Source: Cetorhinus maximus (taxonomy: Eukaryota). From it: a DNA stretch of 64,000 nucleotides. A model generated the notes under the pieces. That model was not told where the DNA came from. It did no database searches and saw only the letters and a list, made by a program, of their open reading frames with translations. Where the stretch lies: positions 17,856,001 to 17,920,000 of the forward strand of contig NC_135890.1 in NCBI RefSeq assembly GCF_964194155.1, read 5' to 3'. Position 1 is the stretch's first letter; each line of letters starts with the position of its first letter. Positions 29,201 through 39,932 of the stretch are shown here, in pieces. The translations under genes and the position numbers were made by a program.

Positions 29201-32200
29201 GTTACCATAGGAACAGGGGCCTCAAGTAAAAACTTAAATGAAAGGAAGGTGCAAGTTTTAACACCTGAACTCAAAAGGAGACGACAGCTGGACTTACTGT
29301 GTGCAGACTCTCAGGGTCAGTCAGACAAAGACTTGGGGAAGACCCCACAACAGCTGCTGCCATACCAAGCAGAAAAGGACTGTTTTTGGGTTAACCACCA
29401 AGCAGAGTGCTGAGGACAGATTCCCAATTTGCAGAAATGAGGCTTGCGGAGAGTTAAAGACCTAGGAATCATAAGTGGGTGCCTTGCTATTGAGCATAAT
29501 CAAATGGACTTCAGAAGATTGAGTGGAAGGACTTTGGTTAAAAGAACACTAGAAAATTCACACTGGTGGGGCAGGGAGAAGAGGTCCTGTTAAAGCCAGG
29601 AGGAGCTTGGGGATTTTAAACACAAGATTACATTTTTGCTGAGAGTGCGATGTAATATATAATCATGGCATGGGGTTTTCAGTTGTGTTAAATTAATGGG
29701 GAATACCTTTTCCATCATTCGGTATATTAGTTGCCTATTTGGTACATTAGTTGCCTATTAAGTAATGTTTAGTTGATGTTGATTTTAGCTTGTTAAAAAT
29801 AAAAAAGTATTAAAAATGTGAAATCTTGTCTTGCAATTCCTTTGTGTTGGACACTTAAGATATGAATTTTCCAAAGTTATCACATCTCTACAGGGATTGT
29901 AACATTGGTCAAAGAGGTAGGAGGTAGGTTTGAAGGGGAGTCTTAAAAGGAGAGAGGGGGGTGAAGGGGGCAGAGGTTTGGAGGGAATTCCAAATAGGCA
30001 GAAGGCACAGTCACCCTGTGGTGGACAAAGTGGGGAATGGACAGAGACCATTCAAAACCCAAAATGCTCAGTGAAGACACTGTCCATCAGAAGGACAATT
30101 TAACTGTAGCACTTCAGTCTCTACTCGTTTCTCCACCCTCCCTCCCTCCCTCTCCCAGATGTTGACTACACAGTGTCAAGCTTGTGAAGCCGATAGCCAC
30201 GTAGAATTTGCACACCATCAATTCAAACACGAGGCATTCACTGAATTCTTTTATCATCATCTAAAACTAGCACACTACATACATGGGATGAAATTAAGAA
30301 TTTAGGTCTCAATCTGTGTCCTTTTTATTTATTTTTTTCATTGGATGCAGCATCACAGGCTAGACCAGCATTTTCTGGCCATCCCTAATTGCCCTTGGGA
30401 AAGTGGTGGTGAGCTGCCTTGAACCACTGTTGCACTGCTCCTAGTCTCTCCTGGGATGTAGTTTTGTCTACAATGTCCTTTAATCAACAGCAACTTTAGC
30501 ACAGTTTAAATAACTGGGCCAATAACTGTTCTGAAGGCTTAAATCTAACGGAAGCCAAATGAACATAATAAAAAGTGTGGACCGAGTTTCATTGTAAAAC
30601 ATCAAATGACTTGATAGCCAGTTTTCTTCCAAGATTACCATATAAAGCATCACTATGGAAGGTAGGTGTTCTCTTGTCAGGTGAGATATGGAGTTTGAAA
30701 ATGCTACAGGAGAATAAAGCAGCTCCCAAGAAAACGGTGAAAAAAGTACCAGGTGAAGGGCAGCAAGAAACAGATAGAGGAAGGAGTGTTACTTTGTTCA
30801 CCCCTGGGTGACCATGTCTTCTTCCTACTTGGAATTCCTTTCCAAACCTCTGCCCTCTCTCTCCTTTAAGACTCACCTTCAAACCTACCTCTTTGACCAA
30901 TGTTACAACCCCCGTAGAGACAACCCCCGTAGAGATGCAACCTCTTTTTAAGAGAAATGAATTTTCCAGTGACAAAGGAATTGTACAAGACCTCATTTTA
31001 ATATTTTTACTGTAACAATCTAAAATCAACATCAAATATTACTTAATTGGCAACTAATAGTTAACTACAGAAAAGGTATTCCCATTAATGACACAATCAA
31101 AAACCCCATGCTACATTTATACATTAACTTCAAAAAGGTGAAAGAAGATCATCAACAATACAAATTTCTTCCTGATTGACATTTAAGCACTTGGTGGGTG
31201 AGGCCCCAATACTTAGCTTCCAGAGGTCCAGACCTAGCTTGCACTCTTTGCCACCTCAGCTGAGGCAAAATCAGTGAGTCAGAAGAGACAAAGATGGCAA
31301 CCAAAGTCCATCAGCTCAAAGTAAACCATCATATGCTAAAAAAAAATCTTAATTTTGCACAGTCAGCCCCGACTTCCTTGAGTTTGGGAGAGGAGAGCAG
31401 GGAATAAGGAACTAGACTTCCTGTTGGTGCAATTAAAATGTTAACTGATTAAAATACACACATCTTGTACACCCGCCATGGAAGTTTGAAATTCTGCATA
31501 ATCACCTCGCATATCATATGCACATTTGAAATGAAGTGTATGTTCATCTTTCTGTTAAGTTATGGATCTTGATAGAATTTTTCAATTTGTCCTCTATTCA
31601 CTTGTAATAATGGTCTTGTGGCTATTACACAGCTAGCTTGTCAAGCTTAATTGCACAGGGAGTGATTATCAGCACTCAGTTGAATTGTTCTGGATATTCA
31701 GCTATATCTAACGCCATACAGTAGCCTTGACATCAGTATCTCTTCCTGAGATCAAATTAGTTGCAGCGAAGGATATGGGCCCCAACACCATTCTAGCTGT
31801 AGTACTGAAAACTTTTGCTCCAGAACTAGCCATGCTCCTAGCCAAGTTGTTCCAGAACAGCTATAACTCTGGCTTCTACATAAAGTGGAAAATTGTCCAG
31901 GTATGCCCTCTTCACAAAAAGCAGGACAAATCCAATCCAACTATTACATATGATTGATAGATTGATGGGGTGGTAAAGTGATGGAAAGTATCATTGACGG
32001 TGCTATCAAGCAGCACTTCAGACTTCATAGCCTTGGTTCAAACACAAGACAAAAGAGCCAAATTAAAGAGGGGACATATGAGTGATAATGAGGGCAGTCA
32101 AGGTAGCATTTGAGTGTGGTATCAAGGAGCCCAAGTAAAACTGAATTCAATGGGGACCAGAGGGAAAAATCTCCACTGGCTGGAATCACACCTCGTGCAA

Positions 32201-35200
32201 AAAAAGATGGTAATGGTTGTTGCAGTCCAATCATCTCAGCCCCAGGACATCACTGCAGGAGTTCCCAAGGGTGGCATCCTAGGCCCAACATCTTGAGCTG
32301 CTTCGTCAATGACTTTCCCTCCGTAAATCAGAGATTAGAGAAACTGGTTTGTTCCCTTAACCTTCTTTGCTCTAAGGAGCATATTTAATAGAGGTGTTCC
32401 ATCAAAGTCATGACTTTGATGAAAGATGGGGGGAAACCATTTCCACTGACAGGGAGCTCTGTAACCAGAGGACATGGGTCTAAAATAATTAGTTTTTTTA
32501 AAAAGAAGCCGGAGATCAAATAAGAATTTTGTGTGCAGCAAATGGTTTTAAGGCACTGCTTGTTAAGGTGGTGGAAACAGATTCAACTGTAACTTTCAAA
32601 AGGGAATTGGATCTTAAATCAACTTTGCACAATGCATTTCTTGTGCAAAGCCTTTTTATTCTGTAGTCACTATAGTTTCATCCTAGTGGCAAAAAGCTCA
32701 AATGCTTTCTCCAGACAACCCAATTTGGGAAGTACCAGGTGTAGTGATTTCCAGATATACATCCAATTTGGTGCATAACGTGGACATCACCAAAAACCCA
32801 GCATCATCCACTGACTTCACTCAAACCTCTACCATATTTCCAACTCACTCAGCAAAGTCATGAGTTCCCACTTGTGCAATGATTTCAGGGCTTACAAATT
32901 TAAGGGGATGAAGAAAGAAGGAACGGCTATTTATAGGCAAGTTAAGTTTTCAGTTTCAATAGTGTAACTGTCCATCCTCCAGCACTAGGAGAATCTGCAG
33001 CAGAAGGAAAGGATGTGAAATATATTCTTCAACAGCTTCATCTTGACCTTGGAGTTTGATACTTGTTCACTTATTCCACAAGTTATGTTCCCCATTCACA
33101 GCAAACTGTACAGCATCCCCATGGCTAGATACAAACAATCCACTGCTGGCTCTTCACGTTTAGTTGAGATTAGAAAGGGAAACTATAATGGAATCCACTT
33201 TTGAACTCGTACATTGCCCTGGTTATTGGAACCCAGCAGTTTTGAAAACCAAAAACTTAGGATCAACACCAAATCTTTGGCCTATTTTCCCTCTGCATAT
33301 GCTCATAATATTTCAAAACAGTTGAAACATGTGATACAGTGACTAATACCTTAAGCTAGAGGTCAGCTTATCTTCTTGCCAGATCATTAATTCAGTCTCT
33401 GTTGCTTCACAGACATCAAATTTCATTTCTCTTTTCAAGTAATCTTTTTAGCTGATAGCAACAACCCTGCAGACTGCCAGCAACCAAAAAATAAACAAGC
33501 TGGGGTGCTTAACAAATGAATGCTGCAGACAGCAGAGATTATTTTGGCAAAGGGACAACTGGTGACAGTCACCAGCAACAAAAAAATCCTTCACTCCCAA
33601 ATTGCAGCAAGGCCAGTATTTATTGTCCATCTCCACTTGCCCCATCACTGCCTTTTGAATCACTGCAGTCCATGTGGCAAAGGTGCCCCCACAATACATT
33701 GTTATACTTTGTGGTGGTTTTAATACAATTTGGATGGGGGGGGGGGGGGCGCGCGTGCGCACAGGGTGGGGAGGTTGCTAGGCCACTTCAAAAGGGCAGT
33801 TTAAACCCAATCTTGTATTGTCGGACTGGAATAATACATTGGCCAGACTGGGTATGGACAGCAGGCTTTTTTCATGTGTGAAAATTTGTTATTTTTTTTA
33901 AAAAAAAATAATCAGCTTTGCTTTTTGAATCTAAATTTCAATCTTCACAGTTTTCACCTCACCCACTAACCGTGGAAGTAAATTCCACTTCCTCAACTGT
34001 GCAAAGAGATCAGCTCTTATTCCATAGTTGAGGGAACCAACCATGGGCTGTTTGACTCAGTCTTCACTCTTTCAACCAGATGAGCCATCAACGGAGACAG
34101 GTGGCCATTAATATGGCTAGAAGCTGATGCAGCAACTTTTGATCGGATCCTTAGGGCACAATGCCTTCTCTAGGAAGAATTTTTAAAAAGTTATTCTTAC
34201 AAAAACCCACACGTTGTTGAAATATATTTTAAAAAAAGGACCCAGAAGTTGAATAAGTTCACCTAATAATAGGCTTAAAAAAGGGACACACACGCAGCTG
34301 AAAGAGTAAAAGCAAAAAAGACATTTCTATATTTGATAAGAGGTTGCAAGTGACTTGTGTGCTCCGATAATGTGCCTGCTGTAAAGTGCTTTGGGATGTC
34401 CTGAGGTTGTGAAAGGTGCTATGTAAATGTAAGTTCTTTCATCGTGTGGTTGACTCTTGAATGCCCTCTGAGGGCAATTTGGGATGGGCATTAAATGCTG
34501 GCCTAGCCAGCAGTGTCCACATCCCATGAATGAATTTTTTAAAAAAAATCAAGTTTCCAGACTGTTCACCTATCAGCATGCTATTACAGTTGCTGTACCC
34601 CACCAACACCTCAATCACTGTTTCCTGTTGGGTAGCTAGTAGTCTTTTGGAAAGTAGGGCCAAGAGCCCCCAGCAGAGACAGGGTTTCCCACACAAGTTT
34701 GAAGACACTTGTCTCTTACCAATGCTAGATGGCCACCGATAAATATCTGCACATGCACACTAGTCTGTGCATGCACGGAAAACCCATGACATCACTCTGC
34801 TGCACCCCAGCCTATGGATTTGATGTATCAAACCACAGTCCATGACCTTAATTGCAGAGAGAGTTATGATCTGCGGTCCTGAATACAAACTTTGTTTTGC
34901 TGTGCATAATTGACCATTAAAATTTTGATATGGGAGAAAAATAGAATTTGAGATTCATCTTATCCTCATAAGGATACTGAATTTAGTGTCCTTGATTGAA
35001 AATGCAAAACACCAAAGCAAAATTCAGGATCTGAGGTTAGGATATGATATTTGAATCGGAGAATCACCTGAGTGCTTAGATATGTTTTCTACAGAGATCA
35101 GTTAGACAAAGTCATTCAAACCTCAGTCGAAAATATCAAGCCTCAAGGGATGTGGTAAGTATGGCACATATGATTCCGCCATTTCTGCCAACTCCAACAT

Positions 35201-38200
35201 GATGCCACCACCAAACACATCTTCCCTTCACCCCTCCTGGTGGCATTCCGCAGGGATCGTTCCCTCTGGGACACCCTGGTCCACTCCTCCATCATCCACT
35301 ACACCTCAACCCCCTCCCATGGCACCTTCCCATGCAACCGCAGAAGGTGCAACACCTGCCCCTTTACTTCCCCCCTCCTCACCGTCCAAGGGTCCAAACA
35401 CTCCTTTCAAGTGAAGCAGCACTTCACATGCACTTCCCTCAATTTAGTCTACTGCATTCGCTGCTCCCAATGCGGTCTCCTCTACATTGGAGAGACCAAA
35501 CGCAGACTGGGTGACCGCTTTGCGGAACACCTTCGGTCTGTCCGCAAGCATGGCCCAGACCTCCCTGTCTCTTGCCATTTCAACACACCACCCTGCTCTC
35601 ATGCCCACATGTCCGTCCTTGGCCTGCTGCAATATTCCAGTGAAGCTCAACACAAACTGGAAGAACAGCACCTCATCTTCCGACTAGGCACTTTACAGCC
35701 TTCCGGACTGAATATTGAGTTCAACAACTTTAGATCATGAACTCTCTCCTCCATCCCCACCCCTTTCCGATCCCCCTTTTTCCAATAATTTATATATATT
35801 TTTCTTTTCCCACCTATTTCCATTATTTTTAAATGTATTTCCATCCATTGTTTTATCTCTACCTTTTAGCCTATTTCGATCCCTTCCCCCCACCCCACCC
35901 CCATTAGGGCTATCTGTACCTTGCTCATCCTGCTTTCTACCCTTAATGTCACCATTAGCACATTCTTTAGCTAATATCACCACCGTCAACACCTCTTTGT
36001 CCCTTTGTCTATGACATCTTTTGGTTATCTCCACCTATCACTGGCCCTCTATCCAGCTCTACCTGTCCCAACCCCCCCTTAAACCAGCTTATATTTCACC
36101 TCTTTACTATTTTTTCCTTAGTTCTGGTGAAGAGTCGTATGGACTCGAAACGTTAACTGTGTTCCTCTCCGCAGATGCTGTCAGACCTGCTGAGTTTTTC
36201 CAGATATTTTTGTTTTTGATGTGGTAGATATGATGATTCAAAATTACCTTCTAAACAAGCTTGGCCAACAAATTTATAAAAAAAAAAATTTGCAGCTATT
36301 TTGACACAGTACGAATAAGTTCCCTGTGGTGTCCCAATGACATAACGGAGTAAAACAGCACAACTGCATATGCACATTGTTGACAGCCATTTGAAAAAGC
36401 ACTGTTCCACACGGAAGAAGATATAAAATGCAGAACCTACTCCTGGGAAAATCAATCGTATTTGCACTCATTTTTAATAATCCAAGAACTTGGAATTAAG
36501 TAAATTAGAAATTGCGAAAAATATTGTATTAGATAACGTGAAATAAGAGACTTTTATTAAGGAGCAGGCTATTCAGTGTGTTGCAAATTACACCCAGGCT
36601 ATCCGATTTGGACATCACAAACAGATCATTTTAAATGACGCTTTGGCAAAACTTTCAGCCATTGTGCTCCAAAGATCAAGGTACAGAAATTGACCTGAAG
36701 ACTTGCACAACCCCTATGAGTCAGATGGAACTGGTGTTGTGACTCACTGTTGGGAATGTTATTCACAAGTTATAACATTCGACATTATCTACACCACATG
36801 CACTTGCAGACAAGATAGAAGAAAATCTAACATTCTGCCATCAAAATAGTCAGTTCTCCACACAAATCATCTCATTTCTACACTGAAGTTATCCAACTTT
36901 CATTCCACCTCCTTCTCTATTCCATGACCTCATCAAAAACAAAGATTCAATTTGTTTCCCTGCTAGAGCTCAAAATCTCCCTCCTACCTCTGCTTTTTAT
37001 TTTAATATATTGGCTCCATCCAAACTTAGATTTATTTGGGATTTTTAAAACCCTTTGACTGTACCATGGGTTTTTTACTCTTTCAGATTTATTTTGTTCT
37101 AAATATAGTCCAGTGCAACCCTAAGAGCCATTTTTCTCAATATTTCCAGACCTTTTTAAATACACGTACCCGTGTATTAGACACTTCAATATAACCTTTA
37201 TGGTTACAGACATGATGGGCTGAATGGTCTCCTGGGCTGCATCCTTAAGATTCTATTCTACTGGGATGTAGAGGGCAAATTAAGATCAAGCAGAAACAAA
37301 GGTTAAATTAAATCAAATAAAATCACCCAAACTACAACCATCTACACTGCTTCCTGTTCCCATTCAAGGCATGTTTTAATACAAGTCCACTTGTAAACAA
37401 AAGAGTTTATACCCACGATTAAAAGGCTGCCAACAGTTGAATTCTTCCTTCCTCATATCTTATCTTTAATAAACAAAACATTAATGTATTTTACAGGTGC
37501 TAAAGGAGGTCAGGTGACTGAAATCTGGTGTGAGAGAGGGATAGAGAGAGTAGGAATGTTCCAGGGCTCAAGACATGAGGCAAAGGAAGTCAGGGACATG
37601 GAAGAGGCCAAAACTGGAAGAATACAGAGTTGTCATAGGATTATAGGAGGTTACAGAGATAGGGAGGCACGAGACCATGGAGGGATTTGAACATATAATG
37701 TTCTCATCTAAATCTGAAGAGTTGGTGAACCAGGAGCTGATGTAGGCCAGCAAGGATAAGGGGCTACTTTCCTCCCCCACAAAGCGTGCAGCCCAAACAA
37801 TACTCAATCAGCATGGAGCTACACTACAACTCCTATGGAGGGATTAAAGCGTAATAAATATTACTGCAGTAATATTTATTACAAGATTTCAGTGGAATCA
37901 AACAGCAGGTAAGTAAAGTGCTCAGTGTTCATCTACCACAGGCTTTGGGAAGCTCATTTACATATTGAGAACTCCCAAATTTGCATTATGGTTGAAAACA
38001 GACATTCTAATTGTGCAGCACAAGATGAAATGCTGGCAGCAAGAGAAACTGGAATCAGCCAAAAACAAGCAGCATATTTGTATTAGTGAATTTTGCTTAA
38101 TAAAATGTACTGTCTCAAACAGTATTGTGTATAGAGCAACAGAATCACAGTGCAGAAGAGGCCCTTCGGCCCATCGAGTCTGCACCGACACGTGAGAAAC

Positions 38201-39930
38201 ACCTGACCTCCCATTTACCAGCACTTGGCCCATAGCCTTGAATGTTATGACATGCCAAATGCTCATCCAGGTACTTTTTAAAGGAAGTGAGGCAACCTGC
38301 CTCCACCAACCTCTCAGGCAGTGCGTTCCAGACTGTCACCACCCTCTGGGTAAAAAAGTTTTTCCTCACATCCCCCATTAACCTCCTGCCCCTCACCTTG
38401 AACTTATGTCCCCTTGTGACTGACCCTTCAACTAAGGGGAACAGCTGCTCCCTATCCACCCTGTCCATGCCCCTCATAATCTTGTACACCTTGATCAGGT
38501 CGCCCCTCAGTCTTCTCTGCTCCAACGAAAACAACCCAAGTCTATCCAACCTCTCTTCAGAACTTAAATGTTTCATCCCAGGCAACATCCTGGTGAATCT
38601 CCTGTGCATCCCCTCCAGTGCAATCACATCTTTCCTATAATGTGGCGACCAGAACTGCACACAGTACTCCAGCTGTGGCCTCACTAAGGTTTTATACAAC
38701 TCCAACATGACCTCCCTACTTTTATAATCTATGCCTCGACTGATAAAGGCAAGTGTCCCGTATGCCTTTTTCACCACCCCACTAACATGCCCCTCTGCCT
38801 TCAGAGACAGTACTAATCCAACTGAAACAAAAGCAAAATCAGACTGAAAAAGAGTTGATGTATTTACAACAACCATCAAATCCAAGTTTTGTTTCCAACC
38901 ATATTAAAATGCCAGCAAACCAGGCCAGTATTACTTAATCTGTCCAGGTTTCAGCATCTTAGTATAAAACAGCAAATCCAAACCAAAGCTAAACAAAGCC
39001 ACATTCAGCAGTTTAAGCAAAATATTAAGTTTCATATTAAGAGTTATATAAAAATCACATAATTGTCATCAAGGACAGGCCACAGAACACAGCAAGGATG
39101 GGGATTAACATTAATCACAATTACAATAAAGACCGTATTACAGAATCATACAGCACAGAAGAAACAATTCAACCCACAATGGCTGTACTAGCTCTTTGAA
39201 AGAGCGACCCAATTAGTCCTTGCCCTGTCCCCATAGCCCTGAAAACCTTCCACTTATGTATCCTATCCTCCTTTGAGTTATTTAATCTGCTTCCTTCACC
39301 CTTTCAGGCAGCTCATTCCACATCAATAACAACTCCACTAAAAATAATTAGCTTTATTCTTTCCCACCCCATTTTAAAAAAATAATTAGCAAAAGGAAGT
39401 GTTCTCCCTGGTATATGGGCATTAAATTTAGAGTTTCATTTCACAGAATTACAGAAACTTGCAGCACAGAAAGGGACCGTTCAGCCCGTCTGCCTGTGCT
39501 GGCTCTTTTTGAAAGCGCAGTCGCGCGTCTGCACCCGCCTCCCCCACTTTTTGTCCTTAACCCTGGAAGCTTGTCACCTTCAAGTACCTGTCCACCTCCC
39601 CTTGCTGAAATTATCCACGGCATCAGTCTCCAACAACCTTGCCAGGTAAAGCTTTCAAAGGTCCACATAACAGTGAAATTTCTTTTTTTTTTAAAAAAAA
39701 AGAAAAATCTACAGACAAGCTGTTCAAATTCTGACAGCACCCTGGGGGCTTGGATGAGGAGCAGCTGTCAGACACCATGGGAAGTAAGTGCCGGCTAAAG
39801 GGACTGGGTTCAGCCGATGATACAATGTTTAAGCCGATGATACAATGTTTCCACGCGGCTCCTTACTCAATGCATCCTGGGTGCTCCGTCTCCGCAAGCT
39901 GGACTCCGGCTCCGGCTCGATCTCCGACAT
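1021..39930 (-). CDS. cax2: Type II cation/H+ exchanger (CAX, VNX1-like), 12 coding exons in window, 3'-partial
   Basis: Join (minus): 39867-39930, 26602-26730, 25607-25740, 22997-23105, 19575-19691, 18582-18643, 15953-16102, 14641-14826, 12771-12873, 11680-11821, 1553-1736, 1021-1120 = 1480 nt. All introns GT-AG, phases match, no stops. Motifs: FGFKKWKSHV, YccF-like GNFLYVLLFGWW...YFWPFGK, YYKYTVVGIN, PLSHYIGMAIASISAQSNFAVGAVVNATFGSITE, EQRFNSRSAGVSS. Family is secure; cax1 versus cax2 paralogue is tentative. Confidence 0.9.
1320..1490 (+). mobile_element. Deu-domain SINE fragment (SacSINE1/AmnSINE-like)
   Basis: tRNA-like head GGTTCAAGTCC followed by gacactcc...gctgcactgttggaagtgctgcctttcagatgag core. 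Confidence 0.6.
1553..1736 (-). CDS. cax2: cax coding exon 11 (ISAQSNFAVGAVVNATFGSITEL...VLFIP), alpha-1 repeat
   Basis: tcttcag acceptor, CCG|GTGAGT donor, CaCA-family alpha-1 motif NATFGSxxE. Confidence 0.95.
1965..3240 (+). mobile_element. Decayed CR1 LINE 3' part, interrupted at about 2030-2340 by a MITE-like insert
   Basis: KMLESII, FMKRKSCLT and ALEAVQRRFT remnants plus CR1 tail; the insert has imperfect inverted ends CAGTAGTGTCTCAAA and TTTTGAGATACTCAG. Confidence 0.75.
4450..6670 (+). mobile_element. Decayed, internally deleted CR1 LINE (ORF1 esterase, endonuclease and RT remnants)
   Basis: CLPDARVMDV esterase-like segment, SGVPQGSV, YINDLD, KFADDTKL, CR1 3' tail. Confidence 0.85.
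6767..7504. mobile_element. Solo LTR (Gypsy-like)
   Basis: TGTCATGA...TCATAACA termini, near-perfect 5-bp flanking duplication CAGGG/GAGGG, internal AATAAA. Confidence 0.65.
8215..8285. repeat. Compound microsatellite (GA)n(GT)n(GA)n
   Basis: Direct reading of the sequence. Confidence 0.95.
8295..9830 (+). mobile_element. Two adjacent decayed CR1 LINE fragments
   Basis: 3' ORF2 and tail at 8295-8930; RT remnants (KAFDK, GIPQ.LVLGPLLF) at 9100-9830. Confidence 0.7.
9850..11014 (+). mobile_element. LTR remnant (Gypsy-like), 5' end unclear
   Basis: Ends GGGATCATAACA like the other solo LTRs; purine-rich body and AT-rich distal part with ATTAAA. Confidence 0.5.
11680..11821 (-). CDS. cax2: cax coding exon 10 (NLLPLVIVAL...PLSHYIGMAIAS)
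   Basis: U12-like branch site TTCTTTAAC just before cag; donor AG|GTAAGT in phase 2. Confidence 0.93.
11822..12770 (-). other. U12-type (minor spliceosome) GT-AG intron of cax
   Basis: 5' site GTATCCTTT is a perfect U12 consensus; branch TTCTTTAAC ends 11 nt before the 3' exon; no long pyrimidine tract; this junction restores the frame. Confidence 0.88.
12771..12873 (-). CDS. cax2: cax coding exon 9 (TEVPLDGEVVLSCYHAVNFYYYKYTVVGINVFAV)
   Basis: cccag acceptor; ends at U12-type donor A|GTATCCTTT in phase 1. Confidence 0.92.
13735..14077 (+). mobile_element. Nin-domain (MER131-related) tRNA SINE inserted in an antisense CR1 fragment
   Basis: Core AAAACCCATCTGGTTCACTAATGTCCTTTAGGGAAGGAAATCTGC and tail CAATTAGGGATGGGCAATAAATGCTGGCC. 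Confidence 0.75.
14641..14826 (-). CDS. cax2: cax coding exon 8 (QCPSTYVWFLLGYP...IPVAKLN...QPKR)
   Basis: ttccag acceptor, AGG|GTAAGG donor, 62 codons, transmembrane segments. Confidence 0.93.
14895..15045. mobile_element. Penelope-terminus-derived palindromic element, decayed
   Basis: AAAATGCTGG...TCAGCAAGTCTGGCAGTATCTGTGGA is the inverse of the 36165-36215 Penelope tail; other end TTTCCAGCATCCACAGTATTTT. Confidence 0.5.
15953..16102 (-). CDS. cax2: cax coding exon 7 (PYVYPRKSNV...GVKSW)
   Basis: tttccttttttgaag acceptor in phase 0, TGG|GTAGGT donor; variable loop region. Confidence 0.8.
18582..18643 (-). CDS. cax2: cax coding exon 6 (GKMCYRLAGYYFWPFGKLIQK)
   Basis: ttcccag acceptor, AAG|GTAAGT donor, WPFG motif ends the YccF domain. 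Confidence 0.93.
19575..19691 (-). CDS. cax2: cax coding exon 5 (YccF/DUF307: FGNFLYVLLFGWW...GAPY)
   Basis: tttcag acceptor, G|GTAAGT donor, hydrophobic YccF-like segment. Confidence 0.93.
20968..21644 (-). mobile_element. Relatively young 5'-truncated CR1 LINE
   Basis: ORF 21136-21537 VRPHLEYCAQFW...VQRRFTRLIP...RRMRGDLIEVYK, with (TTCTTATG)-type tail. Confidence 0.92.
21738..21978 (+). mobile_element. Nin-domain SINE copy
   Basis: B-box GGTTCGAGTCCC and the same core as 13735-14077. Confidence 0.7.
22997..23105 (-). CDS. cax2: cax coding exon 4 (FGFKKWKSHVTERPLEDRS...)
   Basis: ttttgtag acceptor, CAG|GTAATG donor, conserved type II CAX N-terminal motif. Confidence 0.93.
23250..24530 (+). 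mobile_element. Decayed CR1-group LINE (partner of the Nin SINE)
   Basis: ALDIKAAFD, VPQGNALGP, VEYSPFAWMSAAPT; tail CAATTAGGGATGGGCGATAAATTCTGGCC. Confidence 0.8.
25607..25740 (-). CDS. cax2: cax coding exon 3 (TCSTPTQ...EVEAHKLANNYK)
   Basis: cag acceptor, donor AAG|GTCTGT, phase 1-0, continues into FGFKKW. Confidence 0.88.
26602..26730 (-). CDS. cax2: cax coding exon 2 (YGRESEPK...PILLFP)
   Basis: Pyrimidine tract plus tag acceptor, donor G|GTTAGT, phase 1-1. Confidence 0.8.
27890..28540 (+). mobile_element. CR1 LINE 3' fragment
   Basis: GDLFEVFKIMRGLDRID...RTRGHRFKV and ATTCTGTGATT tail. Confidence 0.85.
29092..29904 (+). mobile_element. Solo LTR inserted into an antisense L2 tail
   Basis: TGTTGTGA...TTGTAACA termini; host L2 tail (GGTCAGGTGACCGAAAA and TTGGTCAAAGAGGTAGG) resumes on both sides. 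Confidence 0.65.
30830..31125 (-). repeat. Inverted duplicate of 29650-29995
   Basis: Reverse complement reproduces the LTR 3' end, the LTR/L2 junction and the flank. Confidence 0.8.
31760..32330 (+). mobile_element. CR1-group LINE RT fragment
   Basis: WKIVQVCPLHKKQDKSNP and GVPKGGILGP; same family as 23250-24530. Confidence 0.75.
35175..36216 (+). mobile_element. Penelope-like element 3' portion (GIY-YIG endonuclease plus terminal repeat)
   Basis: ORF 35240-35740: PCNRRRCNTC, NLVYCIRCSQCGLLYIGETKRRLGDRFAEH, ending GLN, all typical of the PLE endonuclease. Confidence 0.92.
36120..36158 (+). ncRNA. Minimal type I hammerhead ribozyme motif (core variant)
   Basis: AGTT-CTGGTGA-A-GAGTC-gtatg-GACTC-GAAA-CGTT-AACT: stems I and II pair, palindromic ACGT stem III; core reads CUGGUGA instead of CUGANGA. 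Confidence 0.75.
38135..38806 (-). mobile_element. Young 5'-truncated CR1 LINE
   Basis: Uninterrupted C-terminal ORF2 (KAYGTLAFISRG...VRPQLEYCVQFWSP...NFFTQRVVTVWNALP) and tail. Confidence 0.92.
39135..39680 (-). mobile_element. Two decayed CR1 3' tails
   Basis: CAGAATCATACAGCACAGAAG and CAGAAACTTGCAGCACAGAAAGG antisense tail starts. Confidence 0.55.
39867..39930 (-). CDS. cax2: cax coding exon 1 (MSEIEPEPESSLRRRSTQDAL)
   Basis: ATG at 39930 in a CpG-rich segment; donor A|GTAAGG in phase 1 matches the next exon (A+AC = Asn). Confidence 0.8.
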
Positions 39931-39932
39931 GA

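Noticed and set aside
38145-38885. 246-aa ORF as a host or domesticated gene
   Set aside because: It is the C-terminal part of CR1 ORF2 in a young truncated copy; the listed start lies in flanking DNA.
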